Part shown: piece after piece, positions 13,462-26,611 of the stretch
Numbering within the stretch: position 1 is the first letter of the stretch
Layout: each line of letters opens with the position of its first letter
Origin: Nymphaea colorata
Taxonomy: Eukaryota
Reading direction: 5' to 3'
NCBI RefSeq assembly: GCF_008831285.2
Contig: NC_045138.2
Coordinates: 14,322,001 to 14,386,000 of the forward strand
DNA length: 64,000 nt
Made by a program: the position numbers and the translations under genes
Notes under the pieces: generated by a model
What the model was told of the DNA's origin: nothing
Databases searched by the model: none
The model's input: only the letters and a program-made list of their open reading frames with translations

Positions 13462-14699
13462 TGTGAGTCGCCTGTTGGCCTTAATGAACTAAAAAATTCA
13501 AAAGTTTTTTTGATACTATAATAAAATAATGTCAAAAAAAGACAATTCAAACAAAAGAAAAATTCTTAAATTTAGTTTAGGTATGATCTATGTGATAATT
13601 GAATTTACAAAGAAAACAGAACATTTTGTTGTGGCTTTCTGCGTGGAATGTATGGAACGCAGTTGATGATTCATTATTATTTTTTTGATATACGAGCGCG
13701 GTTAGTTTTCTGCGTATGGTCTTTGACAAATAATATTAACAATTGTTTTTCTAAAGTAAAAAAAACTAATCAATTATTGTGCAGTCGGCCGACTTCCGAA
13801 CTCTATTTTCAAAAGCTTTGTCTGTCGTTGCCGCCAACAACCTTCGCCACCACGACGTCGACGTGATTGGGCAATGAATGGAAGGTTGCTTCCCACAAAT
13901 TAAAATTTAACATTAAATTTTTGAACTGACAAGCACATGATCTGTACTGCGGATCTTTTATATTGAAGCTTTGAACTGAAAAGAATTTTTTATTAGCATT
14001 TCTTTCTCTCAAGCTCCTGTTTGTTTCAAAATTAGATGACAGAAGAAGGAAAAGGTATGAAATTGGATTTTGATTTGAAGAAGCAAAAGCGTGGAGGAAG
14101 CGAGAGGTGATATTGAATGTTGCCATAAAAAAAAGAACATGACTCAGATGAATCCTCTCGAAATCTCTGCCCACAGGTTTTTCTGGTTTCATCTTGTTTG
14201 CACACACTCAAAGCTGGATCGCCTCGCCTTTCCTGTACAATTTTTTTTTTTCTTGCTTGAAGCAAACATCAATCACCATTTTGTCACCCACTTTCCCATT
14301 TGACACAAACATCACCTGCCATTTTCTCACGCCCTTTTCTTACCTGCCTTGTTTATTATACTCCATCAAGACAATGTTATTTTCGCATGAGTAATACTTT
14401 CCTTGCAGGCACCCGCGCACACACATACAGACACACACACAGAGGATCGAAGATCTGAATATCAATACCTTTCTTAATTCCTCTTCTGGTTGTCGTGAAA
14501 ACAGTATGTTGGAGTTCATTTGGTAGTGAAGCCACCAAGTTTAGAGTAATGAGCTATGCTAATCAAGTCATATGCGACCTAAAGTCACACACGGGTGGCA
14601 AAAGGACTCTCGTGCTCCTGCGAGGTGTGCAATGAGTGTAATAACTTAACCCATTCCGGCTCGGGTTATTAATTTGGCAGATTTCATCTCGTCCTTTGA

Positions 14700-15150
14700 A
14701 GGTTTCAGTTTTCAATTTTAAAAAGGCTAAGAACCAGAACGACTGATCATTTAACTAACTCCTTTATAATGCCTTGAAAATTTCCAACAATTTTTAATAC
14801 ATGATTAAGCTTTTTATAATAGGGTTTTACAATCTACCTTCTTTTAAGGCACATGTCCATCCAGATAGGACCCAGGGACGCAGTGTTGAACCAGCCTTGG
14901 ATATCAATTATGATAACCCAGCTCCATCTCAATCTGATCTCGTGCTTCTGGTTTAACATATTTGAACTCACCCCTCAACAGTTTTAGTTCTACCTCCAAA
15001 AAAAACTAGGAAAACTAAGAACAAGAATAGCTAATCACTTAACCAACCCTTTTATAAGCCCATGATCACTTAACCAACCCTTTTATAGGCCCGTGAAGAT
15101 TTCCAATGGTTTCAAATATGAGATTGAACTTCTCGTAACAGTGTTACACC
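14700..15150. repeat. Diverged ~290-bp direct duplication with a nested 31-bp tandem repeat (15034-15095)
   Basis: CTAAGAAC.AGAA..(A/G)CT.ATCA.TTAAC.AAC.C.TTTATA..GAA.ATTTCCAA at ~14728 and ~15015. ATCACTTAACCAACCCTTTTATA occurs at 15034 and 15065. Confidence 0.7.
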
Positions 15151-16076
15151 GAGTACATCGTGAATGCAATTGATGTTTGACAAAAAAAAACTAATCACAG
15201 CATACTTTTTGAGCTGTCTAACTCTCCTTGAATTAGCAGTCACCTCAAATAAGACCGGATGCTTGAACTTCGCTGCATACCAATTTCTGGGTATTCATAA
15301 GTTCTTTAGAAAAAAAGCATGCCTATTGAACTGACTTTCAACTCAATTCCCTTCGAATATCTTGCATGCCATGCTCATAATCATGCATAGAATGTGCGTA
15401 TATATATATATATATATATAGTAACATATTACTCATATGCAGGCTTCATAGTTTGTTAAGCTGTTTCTCCGGCAAAGTAACCATACTTATAGGTTAAAAA
15501 ATACATAAAATTACATGAATGAGAAGAACATCTTCAAAATTTGATGTTTAAACTGAATTTTACAAGCTTAAAAAACTAGGATTCTTAACTTCTAAATCCT
15601 TATAAAATCTAGTTTGTATATCTAATTCATATAAATTTATATGGTTAGGTTTACAAAAACACAGAACTCAAAACTTGATAGTCAAAGAGGCAAGATTGAC
15701 TGTCCATATATATATATATATATATACACGCACACGCAGACACTTACGTTTCCACCACCCTCTTGATGCCCTGCACGTGCTCGTGCGTGCAGTCTACAAC
15801 TGATCTTTTATATAATGAGCATCTTATCATGTTTACAGGCTCAAACATACCAAACACAAGCATTCCAGATCAGATTCGTACGACCAACTCTTCATATTAC
15901 AAAAAGAAGCTCATAATTAACTGGCAACCACGTGTTTAGAATCTGCAAGGGAAAAAGGAGAAAAAGAAAGAGGAAGCAAGCTGGCGTACAGAATCAAAAG
16001 GGAAAGGGAAAAAGATGGAGGCAAAATGGAGAACAGAATCATGGACGCAGTCAAAACTCAAAAGCAGTAGGCTTTA

Positions 16077-19000
16077 TTATTCTCCTTGCAAAAGCACTTT
16101 CAAAACTTCCACGCTAAAACCATCTCTAAAGATGAGAAGATGGCCTGCACCTCTGATCTCATGGTAGTGCACCCAAGGAAGCTTTTCAGAAACGTAGCGC
16201 TGCAGAGATACTGGAACCAGGCCATCGTCATCCCCCTGCCAGAGGTGAACAGAAGCTTCACCGTTAGGAAATGGGTTATCTAGATCCATAGGATTAAATT
16301 CCCAGCTTCCGAATCCAATATTCATATCTTGATGGATAGAAACATAGGCACCTTGCTGTCTACTATAACCCTGAAAATGCATACCAGAAAGGAAACAACA
16401 AACAATGTGTGAGGGAGAAAAAGAGGTGCCATCTACATAAAAGAAATAGGATTTCAGAACAGAGGAGATTAACTAATACTGACAACATACGGAACCAGCA
16501 ATTCAACAATTGTGCATCAAAGTTGTAGAAAGATATATGTCAGATATGCGGATTATTGCAATCTAATAAGCAGAAAAGCACAAGCATCAATGTTCCCAAA
16601 TGCAGAATGTATGGACCTAGAGAGCAAAATAAGATCAATGTAACAAACACAAGGTGGCCATAGAAGTTTATACTTTAAAATAGTGAATAATAGTATGGTT
16701 GCTGAAGGTACCTTTGGGGAAACATCTAGCAAAAAAATCAATAAGCAAAGTCATTTCAAGAATTTAACTGCTCATAGTGCAATACTAAATTATTGGTAAA
16801 GGAAGAAACACAGAACAATTTATTGCAAAAGCTCATCGCACTTTATGGTAGCCATTTTGCAGTCCACTACTGACGTAGTGCATATCCTCACACGACGAAA
16901 AGGATCCAGCATCATTATGAAATTTCTCTTTCCATAGTTAAATATTCTGCATGCATCTATGTCTGTTATGAATAGTTTCCTCTGGAATAGCTCACTAGAA
17001 GAACATGACGAATCTGCCAGGATTCAATTGAGTCAGTGTCATGAATTTTCAACAGAAGAATGGGTACAATAGGAAGGAAGAACAAATTTGCACTTTTATG
17101 CACAGAGACTGAGAGTCAGGAGTTGAAATAACTCCAGGGAACTGGCATGACTGCAAAGGTCCAAGGCTTATAATAGCTGAGGCAAATGTTACAATGCTTT
17201 TGAAACAGAAACACCACTAATAAAAAAAAAATTAAAATAATTCAAAAATTAATAGGCATCTAATAATCCTTTAGCCTACAATACTGCATTCTAGCCTTGA
17301 AAATTTCAATTGACAGCTAAAAACGTCTACCAAGTACATCTGAAAAGGATGTGTCTGTACTGTCTATTAGAAAACAACCGTCCATTGGTTTCCTTAGTTT
17401 TCAAGAATTTTTTAGATCGTAAACTGGCTGAATTGGTTAGCAACAAAGCTTCCAGCGGAGTAAACCATAAACTGCTGCAACTCAACTCCTTCAGTCAGGC
17501 CTTGGAAGGGATAGCTGACACTCTAAAGCCTGTTCCGTACATACTTTCTTCTAGCTATACAAGACATGGTTCAGTGGTCAAGACTTGGAATACCAACAAT
17601 CTTCCAGACTGCTCGGACCCTCAACCAAAAATAATTTCTTCTGACTAGTTTCCAGTTTTAATCAATAAATTTTGAACCGACAAAATTATTCTGTGACACA
17701 ACTTGCACCTTAATCTGGACATCTGGTTCCCTGTGAATGATAGAAGTTTCACAGTTTCTACATAATAGTTTCTTATCCAGGAATATTATATGAAAAATAC
17801 TTCCGTTCAAATTATGGACAAAAATTAAGTGTACATAAACATGAACTGTTTCATTTCTCTTGCTATAATTTTACAGATCATTGCTGTATCAACATCCTAG
17901 GCTTAGGTTTCAATGCATTTCAGAATGCATGTCACTAATGAAGAATGGACCATGATTTTAGATGTGACCTACAGGCCAATGCACTCATCTTTAACTATGA
18001 GTTCGAAAAAATGGTTAATGAATCTGCCCTAGACACTACAAGTAGGCAAAAAATTAAATTGTGGTATAAGGTGAGATCCTACAACCACTTCTGTACCTAG
18101 GCATTAACATGAATGACTCAAAAAATATACTTTGAGATTTATAAGGACAAACCTGAGAACACGTTTTCAAGTCTCTCAACTTGTGAATCAACTCCATATC
18201 TGGAGAAGTAAAAACTCTAGGATCTTTCGATGCAACACTAGAAGAAGGAAACCATTTTTGAGTCATCCACCAATACGTAAGCCAAGGAGCATAGTGAGCA
18301 ACCCGAAGGGCCCACTGGTCCTGTAAAAGCTGCTTGTTGTAAGCTTCTCTTGACAAATTAGTAGGGAAACTAGGCCACCAGTAGTTAACAACTGGAGCAA
18401 TTAGTGCTCCTCCTGCTATCCTGTTGCCAGTCAAGTTACAAAAATTAGTTCTTACCTGGAAAAAACTAAGTTGATTAAATTTCTAAAATACAAAGGCAAT
18501 GTGCAAAGTATTACATGAAAATTAACATACTCAGTCTGCATCTCCTTTTTACAAATATAATATGAAATGTGAGACAAACTACACAAGAACATTACATCAA
18601 CACCTTTTCAAGATGGACCTAAGCCACTGTGTATCCTAAAAGGATGAGCACCAACTATTAAACATAAACCTTTCCTCTTGTCAGGCAAAACTATGCACAA
18701 AGCTTTCACATATGCAAACTTAACAACTTGGAGGTCCTGTAAGCCAGGCTATTGTCATCTGCATACTTAGAAGAGAGCATTAATTTCCTGAAGGGAAGAC
18801 AAAAGAAAATTAAGGAAATCCTCAGAGGAAAGTAAGCATTGACTACATACAGTTGATGTTTAGTGCAAAAAATGAACATCAGAAGCACCACAGCGGCATT
18901 TTGGAAGGTCGCTTATTAGAAAAGGTAAGAATGTTACGTGTGCAACAGTAGATATGTTAAAACAGGAATACCAAACAACAGCAAGATGTGGATGAATAAC

Positions 19001-20016
19001 GTTGAACCAAGTACCTGTGAGGTATGTATTTAAGACAACTCCAGACAGAATGACCTCCCATGGAGAATCCAATCACATAAAATTTTGATCCCAACTGCAA
19101 CTGATCTGCCAACTCTTCAATGTCAAAAGCTTTTCTCTTCACTGAGTGATTGGGATCTGGGCCACTCTCTCCATATCCGGGTCTGTCGTAGGACACTAAG
19201 TACACTCCCATCTCCTCCAAAACATCCTGAAATACCACTCACATTGATACTTCCCACTCTGAAACAGATGAAATGAAATACAAAAGAACACCGAAAGATA
19301 AAAAAATGAATCACTTTGCAAGAAAAAAGGTTCATACCGGGGAAACAGGCAAGGTCTGAAAACGACACCCATCAAAGCCGTGAACAAAAATAATCTTATA
19401 CTTTGCTTCCGTTTTAGGAACACCAAACTCTTCGTAAGCAAGATATCTTCCATCTGCGAGCTTAATTCTAGGTGCAGTAATAGGAGGACCATCTCGAGAT
19501 CCGCATATTTTAGGGGGAGGTGGCTGGATCGCTCGATATCCCCATGCTAAGAATCCAACTAAAACCACAATGGCAATCTTTGACAAAAAACCTGAAACAT
19601 CCATTTTCACATAACATACTCAAGATAAGATAACCAAAATAAAAAGGAAAAAAGGAACCAGAGAACCATTTTGATTACATGAACATAATGAACACAGAGA
19701 AAAGGAAAAGAAGAAAAGGAAACACGAAGTGGGCAGCGAATTTCGTAATCTTAAACTAATAAGCTCACAGGGAAACCAGAAAACAACCCCTTATGCCACG
19801 AAAACAAAGAGGAATGAACCAAGAAAGAGAGTAAAATGAAGGGAAAAGGACTATGTACCCCTAAAGTTCATGGAAGAAATGCAGACACAATTGAAAAGAA
19901 GAAGATTAAGGGAAAGAAGACTCGCCTGCGGAAAATCGGAAATTGTAACCTCGCTTTGATTTCCTGGTGTGAGCCCTCGCTGATGCAGCTGAAATCTTAC
20001 GATGGGAACCTGCCAT
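16077..20016 (-). CDS. Alpha/beta-hydrolase (esterase/lipase-like) with N-terminal membrane anchor, paralogue 2, ~372 aa
   Basis: Exons 20016-19926 (MAGSHRKISAASARAHTRKSKRGYNFRFSA, missed by the ORF track), 19591-19338, 19226-19015, 18420-18153 and 16370-16077. Same intron positions and phases as paralogue 1, including an identical 212-nt exon. Motifs HGFD, DRPGYGES, GFSMG, HLWQGDDD, GAGH. Confidence 0.92.
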
Positions 20017-20204
20017 CGACCGAAGAGAGAGAGAGAGAAGAAAGACAGACAGACAGAAAGAGTCTCTCTCTTCGTTCTTCGGCTGCCTTGCTGGCTACCG
20101 TTGTCCGAAAAATGTCACACACCATTCCCGTTTACCCTTTAAGAAGCCCAAGTTTTCCAAAAGCCATCGATAGTCATAGTTTCACACGAACGGTTCTAAA
20201 GCCG

Positions 20205-20205
<1 letters not shown>

Positions 20206-20247
<42 letters not shown>
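20206..20247. repeat. (TA)n microsatellite upstream of hydrolase paralogue 2
   Basis: Directly visible, ~190 bp upstream of the ATG at 20016. Confidence 0.9.
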
Positions 20248-20250
<3 letters not shown>

Positions 20251-21926
20251 GCTCAAGTTTTGGGTCACTAACAACAAAAGCGCTCACTTTTTGGGCGTGC
20301 ACAAAAGGGCCCTCAACTTTTACTGAACACATTTGTGACTGCTTCCGACGAAAAATGTTACGTGATAAACAAATTTTCTAAAGTACCCGTTATAGGTTAA
20401 TGAAAGGACCCACGACCTTATTGTAAAACAGAAAAGAGAATTTTTTTTCATGTTCTACTAGTCCGAACCTCTATGTCTCATCTCATTTTTCAGCCACCTC
20501 TTTTAGGTATCTCGGGCTCAATTTTTTTGGTGCCTACTTCCAGCGACACCCACACTCTTTTTCTCTTTCTCTCACCAAGTCATGGAGAGAAGGTTGAGTT
20601 AGGTGGGTTGGGTGATGTGTTATAGCCACTTTCTCGTTCAAATCTTGGAGGGTGTTATTTCAATAATCTTAAACAATGTTGAGCTTGAGATAGATTAGGA
20701 ATACCATTATGACTGTTATTGTCCCTCCCTCTTCCCCCATGTTTTCTTTCTCTGGTTTTATGGTAAGGCGTGCTAGTTCAACCTTGAAATTTTTGGCAGA
20801 GCAATAAAGAAAAAAGTTTTACAAATGATGCAGTAAATGGGTGGGGAATGTTACCATGGGGCTCCGCCACTGCTTTCGTGTCCACGTCGTTCGCATTTTT
20901 CTGTTGTTATGTGAACGCTTCTTAGTATGAAGCATCTTGGTGCACAATGTTTGCTCGTGGAATTATCCTTTCGTGGCAAATGCTCATTGCCAACGCCTCC
21001 ATTTGTTTGTTGAAATGCCCACAAAAGCATTCAGTCAACAACAGCCTTCATGGTTGTATACGTAGCTGTCATGTGTTCACTGTGAGATAGTTTGCAGGTA
21101 GGGAGAGGGAGAGGAAAAGAGAACGATTATTAAATCACTGATCTGAACTCAGTCACTACGACTGCCCAGCAGTTCCTGTTGCAAATTTGTAATTGAAAAG
21201 TTCTGCACAAAAACGTAAAAACAGAGGTAAGACACAAAAAGATAGATGACTTTTTGGGATCTTAAAAAAGCAGTACATTGTTGGCTGAAAGAAGAGAAAC
21301 CCACTAGAATTCAAATTAGAAGGGGAAATAGAACAACGTAGCTTAGGTTTTAGAGGTCACATTAGAATTTTCAATAAGAAAATAGGGAAAGAAAAGCTTA
21401 CCATAAAGGTTGGCAATGGCATATGAGATAGCTAGAGCTAGCCGGTGGAGACACCCTTCCCACAACCTGACATGTCTTGCCCGAGCAACAGCTTCAATTG
21501 CTCTCTTTCTCATCAACATTTTTTCTAAAAAGAAAGGAAAATATTAAGTACCAAGCTTCAACAAGCTCTTGAACTGTGACCAGTCCTAACACAATCATTA
21601 GCTGAAAGCTAATGCTGAAAATTGCACCTCTATCCTAGAATTTTGTTTTCTTGTTTGCTTTTTTTTTTTTGTCACCGAATTATCTTATGCTATGGAGCCA
21701 AAGAATGCAAAAACTTGTAAAAGACGATTTCCCCGAGCTACTCAGTTCCTCGTTGCTTCCACAACATCAACATGTTAAGCTCATTGAATTCCACAACGTG
21801 TTAAACTCCCCGAATCACATCCATTCTTTCTCTAGAGAGAGAATAAAAAATATGGAGATATGAGTTTTAAATACATATATGGGGTTGGGTCGAGCCCCCA
21901 ATACTCGACTCGACAAGTGTTTGTGT

Positions 21927-21989
21927 GTTTTTAATCGGGTCACCCCGGATGTTATACTTTTTAATCGGGGGTCACCCTGGATGTTATAA
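21927..21989. repeat. Two-copy ~30-bp tandem repeat within a GC-rich transposon-like remnant (~21880-22063)
   Basis: TTTTTAATCGGG(GG)TCACCC(C/T)GGATGTTATA occurs twice. The region ends TTGCCCACCTT, resembling a hAT terminus. Confidence 0.75.
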
Positions 21990-24369
21990 TAACCAGCCCA
22001 AGCTCGGCTCATCACAGGTTAGATATCCAACTACCCACTGGGCACCCGGCTTGTTGCCCACCTTTCAATGCAGTAAAAAATGTGAAATGTAAGCTTGTTT
22101 TTGTTAGTTTTTCAAGAGTTGAGTGTGATTTTCTAAAATTCTCTGTTGTGGAAATTAGTTTTTCTAATGGTGTGTCGGTTTACTGAAAGGACTGGGCCGA
22201 GGAAGGAGAGAGTAACGAGAATACAAGACAGCCACTCTAGGTGCTACTTAATTATATCTACTCAATCATTGTGCTATATCGAACTTAAAATAACATCATT
22301 TTGGAATACGATCACTATTCTCGTATACCTACATTGCCATATCAGTAAAATCAATCCAATTTGCGTTCTAATATGACTCATTGGTTCTTTTTATCGCTTT
22401 TCTTTGTTAAAAGTTTCCAACGTTGGTTCAACTTTATCTCATAACGGCGTTTGAATCTAAGCGTACGCCCAAGCCCAATGGCTGCCACATGATAAAAAAC
22501 GGCAAAAGGCAATCAAAATTTGAGGAATGGAAATGATCTTTCGAGAAATTTGACAAAGTTAGAGTGGGGATTGATTGTATATCACAAGGAGTCTCTCTTC
22601 CCAACAGCGGGAGCCATGCTAGAAGCCGCAGATTGCTTAGGCTGGATGTTACATGTTCTTTCTGCTTGCATTTTATTGTATGACAGAAAAAAGGAGCTCT
22701 GTTGCATGTCAAAGTGCATCACAAGCTCAGCCAACTTAACCAAGCCTTGGATGATACGAGTTCAGCCAATTAAATAAATGAGAACTTCAACCAACAGAGA
22801 AGTAAAGCAGAGGCTTGTCTAGAAGCGCCCACACACGCGCGCACAGAGAGAGAGAGTATATATATATATATATATGGTGAAATGGCCAAGAATCTTGAAG
22901 GGAAAGTTTGGTGGTCTGGAGAAGCTATTCAGGTGCATGCATTCTGATAAATTCTCCACAGTAAAAGAGTGGTACACGTCGAGGTCTGACTTTCTCCCCC
23001 CGTGTTTTAGCTAGAAAACTTTCTTGACACAGAACTTATACCGGACAACTTCACCTATGTTGTAGGTCGTTACTAACCAGAGACATTCTTCACAAAAATC
23101 AGGAACATTCTTCACTCGAGGTAAAAACACTATGAAGAAGAGGCGCATCTTCAGATTGAAATCATGAATAGAGATCACGACGTCATGAATGTATCTCCCA
23201 TTAGCCCAAGTGCTCACAGCCAAAAGGAACAATGCTCGGGCTCATATTCTCCAGACCAGACGTGCTTGATGTTTTCGACGATCACCATTTTTAACAGGCT
23301 CCCAATGGTCTCTGAAATTTGGGAGGAAAATAGCCATAATAGATAACCTGTAAATCACCAAAATTCCACATTAGTTCCTCCAAAGAAAAAACATCCACGA
23401 AGAACCTGAACCCCAGCCACACACCCAAAAAAATGTAATCCACGGTAGGAACTGGTCCGATCAGTCCCTTCATATGTTGCGTCAATCCTTGTAGTTCAAA
23501 ACCCTGTAGTTGAAAGCGCGGATCTCTTTTCTTATTTCTCTTTTGCATAACCTGACAATGTGGATGAGATCAACCTTTAGCTAAGAGTGTGTTATATTAG
23601 ATCCATGCACACTAGGGTTCAGTACTAAAAAAAAGTTTTATTTGTCAAAGTATGTTGAAGTAGACATGGTAGCTGAAAACATGTGGTGTAAAAGACTAAA
23701 TGGAAGAGATAGACATCAGATAATCCTTAGCCAGTAAAAATTTTCAGCAGAGAATGTGGACAACAAGCAAGCTGATTAGCTATGAAATGTTCCAGCAAAT
23801 CTCACAAGAAGCTCCCAACGGAGTACTTGCATTCGGTGGGTCAATGATTAACACTGTTCAAGACTCACCAATTTCATGGAAGAAGCACAGTCTCTGCAGC
23901 TGTCTTAATAACATTGCCTCCGGAGCGTTCAAATCTTCAATACTGCAAACGAATTAGGGTTTAGGATTTTGGCCTTAAATTCCAAAAGTAAGCCAACCAG
24001 AATCCACAATCTGCATGACCAAGCGAAGCCAGTATTTGGCAGTCACAGTAATGGCAAGCCAATAAAGCAAAGATTGTTTTGTTGAGACAGATTTGAGACC
24101 ACGAAGCCCAGGATCACCTGCAGAACAGCATTTCTCTAACATATTTCATCACTCATAACACACAAGCCCCATTAAGAAATTTTCACAATGAATGCCCATT
24201 AAAACGGTCTCGTGAGACGTGACAGCAAGTTTTGCTCAACAATTAGCCCACATAGCTGTCATGGCATCTTGGTAGCTCCATGCTCCACCTCCTACTACAA
24301 CACAGTGCAGGATACCAACAGGATGCTCAAAAGAGTGTGGTATATGTGCTTACAATATATAAGCCTCTG

Positions 24370-26550
24370 TCAACCAGGACTTACAGCAAATTGATCATGA
24401 CAACTACAAATTTTTCTCATCAACACCCAAGTAGCTCTCATGGCATCAGGGTGGCCCCTTTGGCCTCCTTGTGTCATAATCCGCTTCAGGATCATGAAAG
24501 AAATTTCATCTGGCTCACATCCTTGAATTGACATTTCGACTAATAGCAAGAACACCTGCCAAAATTTTCTTCTTCTCAGTAAGGCATCTAGCAATATGTT
24601 GTATATAACAATACTAGGATATATCTCCTTCTCTTTCATCTGGCAGCAAAGCTTCATGGCAGCAGATATACTTCCCTCCTTGCAAAGGCTGTAAATAAGG
24701 GAACCATATGTAACAGCATCTGGCACAAGACCAGAGTCATAAATATCATTTAGAAGCTTTGCCACTAAAAGGTTTTTTTTCTCCTTTGCAGCTGCATGGA
24801 TGAGAATGTTGTAAGAAACAATGTCAGGGAACATGCTATCGAAACGTTTGATGTCCATGAAGAACTTATAAGCATTTCTAACCAAACCTTTCTCGCAAAG
24901 ACTGTGAAGAAGAACATTATACGTAACAATGCCAGGAGCAAGGCCTCCGCTGGCCATGGACTTCAAGAGCTTAAAACATTCTGAGTACTTGTCCTCCAAA
25001 CAAAAGTACTGAATCAGACAAGTATAACTTATTGCATCAAGCTTGTAGCCTTTGACTTCCATGACATGCAAGACTCTTCGAATCAATGACGAATCCTTCT
25101 GCTTGCATGAAGCAGAGAGCATTGTATTGCAAGAAACCATGTCAGGTCCACTACCCATGTGCTCAAACAGAGAGAAAAGTTCACATGCTTCTTGAAGATA
25201 ACCCCCCTTGCAAAGCCCATTAATTATTGTATTATATGTACAAGCCGTTGGGAGAAAACCATTTTCTTTCATTTTTGATGCTTGAGACAGAGCTTCTTCC
25301 AAGAGCCCTTCATGACACAGACAATCAAAATAAATGTTCCACAAGACAACATCAACCACACTGCCCATAGCTGAAACACTGCGCAGAAGCTTAATGGCAG
25401 AATCAGCTTGGCCAGCATCAACAAGAGCACCAACCAAAGCACTAAGCGTGAATGCATCAATTGGACACCTCTTTGCATCCATAACCCGTAACAATTCACA
25501 GGCATCCACAATCCTTCCCTGCCGACATGATTCACGAATAATTACATTATATGTGATGGAATCTGGTTCACATTTCTGCTGTTCCATCTTACCCAAAATA
25601 GTGAACGCCTTTTCTAATTTCCCATGCTCACACAGAAATTTAATCAGCGCCGTGTAGCTCACCACATTAGGCTGATGCCCGTCAAGCACCATGTGATTCA
25701 AAACCCAATTAGCATCTTCCCACAACCCTTCTCTGCAGAAACCATGTATCAATGCCGTATACGAGTACACATTACTCGTGTAACCCTTCTTCCGCAAGCA
25801 AGCAAACAGCGCCAGAGCATTAGCATTCATTCCAGATTTGCAGAATCCATCAATTATAGGATTGTAAGAATACAGGTTGGGGTAAAATCCTTTCTCGAGA
25901 AGTATGCAGAACAATGAAAATGCTTCCCTAATGCAAGCACAGCGAATCAGCCTAAGGATCAAAAGATTCACACTAGGTGGAGTCGGAATGTATCCCCACT
26001 TCAACATCATCTCTACTACAGTAACAGAGGCGACCAAATCATCCACTACAAGCAATTTCCTCAACACCACCATCAAACAAGTAAAAGAAGGCAAAAGCCC
26101 GTTTTCATACATATCGCAAACAACCCGAAAAGCGTCGTTATAAAGCCCCAACTTGACGAAGCCATTAGTGAGTATGTTGTACGTAGAGGCGTTCCATGAG
26201 AAGCCCGACTGCCTAATTTCACTAAGAACTACGGAAACATGATCCAACGAAACGTTCCTCGCTTTCAAGTAGTGGTACAGAAGATGATTGTAGTCGAGAA
26301 TGGTGGGCTTACCTCTGATTTTTCTCATGTAATTCAAGGCTTTTAGGGCGTCGGCGGGGCACCCATTGGAGGCGTAAAATTGAACCTCCAGCTGCAGGAA
26401 TCTGAGAAAGCTGGCATTTTGGGGCCCCTCCGCCGGCGATTCTTCAGGGAGATTCAGGGCTTCAAGAGCAGATGAGCGGAGGAATCGAGAGACAGGGCGG
26501 AACGCGGGGAGCTTCTTTTGGATGCCAAGCGCATGACTCTTACAAAGCAT
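24370..26550 (-). CDS. P-class pentatricopeptide repeat (PPR) protein, 726 aa, intronless CDS
   Basis: Long ORF of tandem ~35-aa repeats (e.g. YSYNPIIDGFCKSG, YSYTALIHGFCREG, VSYTALIKFLCEHG, CTYNTIINGLCKGG, VTYGSLIYSLCKEG). No E/DYW domain visible. The N-terminus is Ser/Arg/Leu-rich, consistent with an organellar transit peptide (inference). Confidence 0.95.
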   Translation of the reverse strand: MLCKSHALGIQKKLPAFRPVSRFLRSSALEALNLPEESPAEGPQNASFLRFLQLEVQFYASNGCPADALKALNYMRKIRGKPTILDYNHLLYHYLKARNVSLDHVSVVLSEIRQSGFSWNASTYNILTNGFVKLGLYNDAFRVVCDMYENGLLPSFTCLMVVLRKLLVVDDLVASVTVVEMMLKWGYIPTPPSVNLLILRLIRCACIREAFSLFCILLEKGFYPNLYSYNPIIDGFCKSGMNANALALFACLRKKGYTSNVYSYTALIHGFCREGLWEDANWVLNHMVLDGHQPNVVSYTALIKFLCEHGKLEKAFTILGKMEQQKCEPDSITYNVIIRESCRQGRIVDACELLRVMDAKRCPIDAFTLSALVGALVDAGQADSAIKLLRSVSAMGSVVDVVLWNIYFDCLCHEGLLEEALSQASKMKENGFLPTACTYNTIINGLCKGGYLQEACELFSLFEHMGSGPDMVSCNTMLSASCKQKDSSLIRRVLHVMEVKGYKLDAISYTCLIQYFCLEDKYSECFKLLKSMASGGLAPGIVTYNVLLHSLCEKGLVRNAYKFFMDIKRFDSMFPDIVSYNILIHAAAKEKKNLLVAKLLNDIYDSGLVPDAVTYGSLIYSLCKEGSISAAMKLCCQMKEKEIYPSIVIYNILLDALLRRRKFWQVFLLLVEMSIQGCEPDEISFMILKRIMTQGGQRGHPDAMRATWVLMRKICSCHDQFAVSPG

Positions 26551-26602
26551 CGAGGTGCAGCGAAACCTTCCCCGTTCATCGGAAAAGAAAAAAAAACCCT
26601 TA

Positions 26603-26611
26603 AAACCCTAA
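26603..26611. promoter_or_regulatory. Telo-box AAACCCTAA about 55 bp upstream of the PPR start
   Basis: Exact AAACCCTAA within AAACCCTTAAAACCCTAAACCC. Function is inferred from position only. Confidence 0.4.

Noticed and set aside
13289..13492. ORF with an internal peptide repeat (VALTIIYISEKLLKHDNDYEIH x2)
   Set aside because: By-product of the 84-bp DNA duplication, whose length is a multiple of 3.
19836..20381. 181-aa plus-strand ORF
   Set aside because: Antisense to the hydrolase first exon and runs through microsatellites (YIYIYI); no domain.
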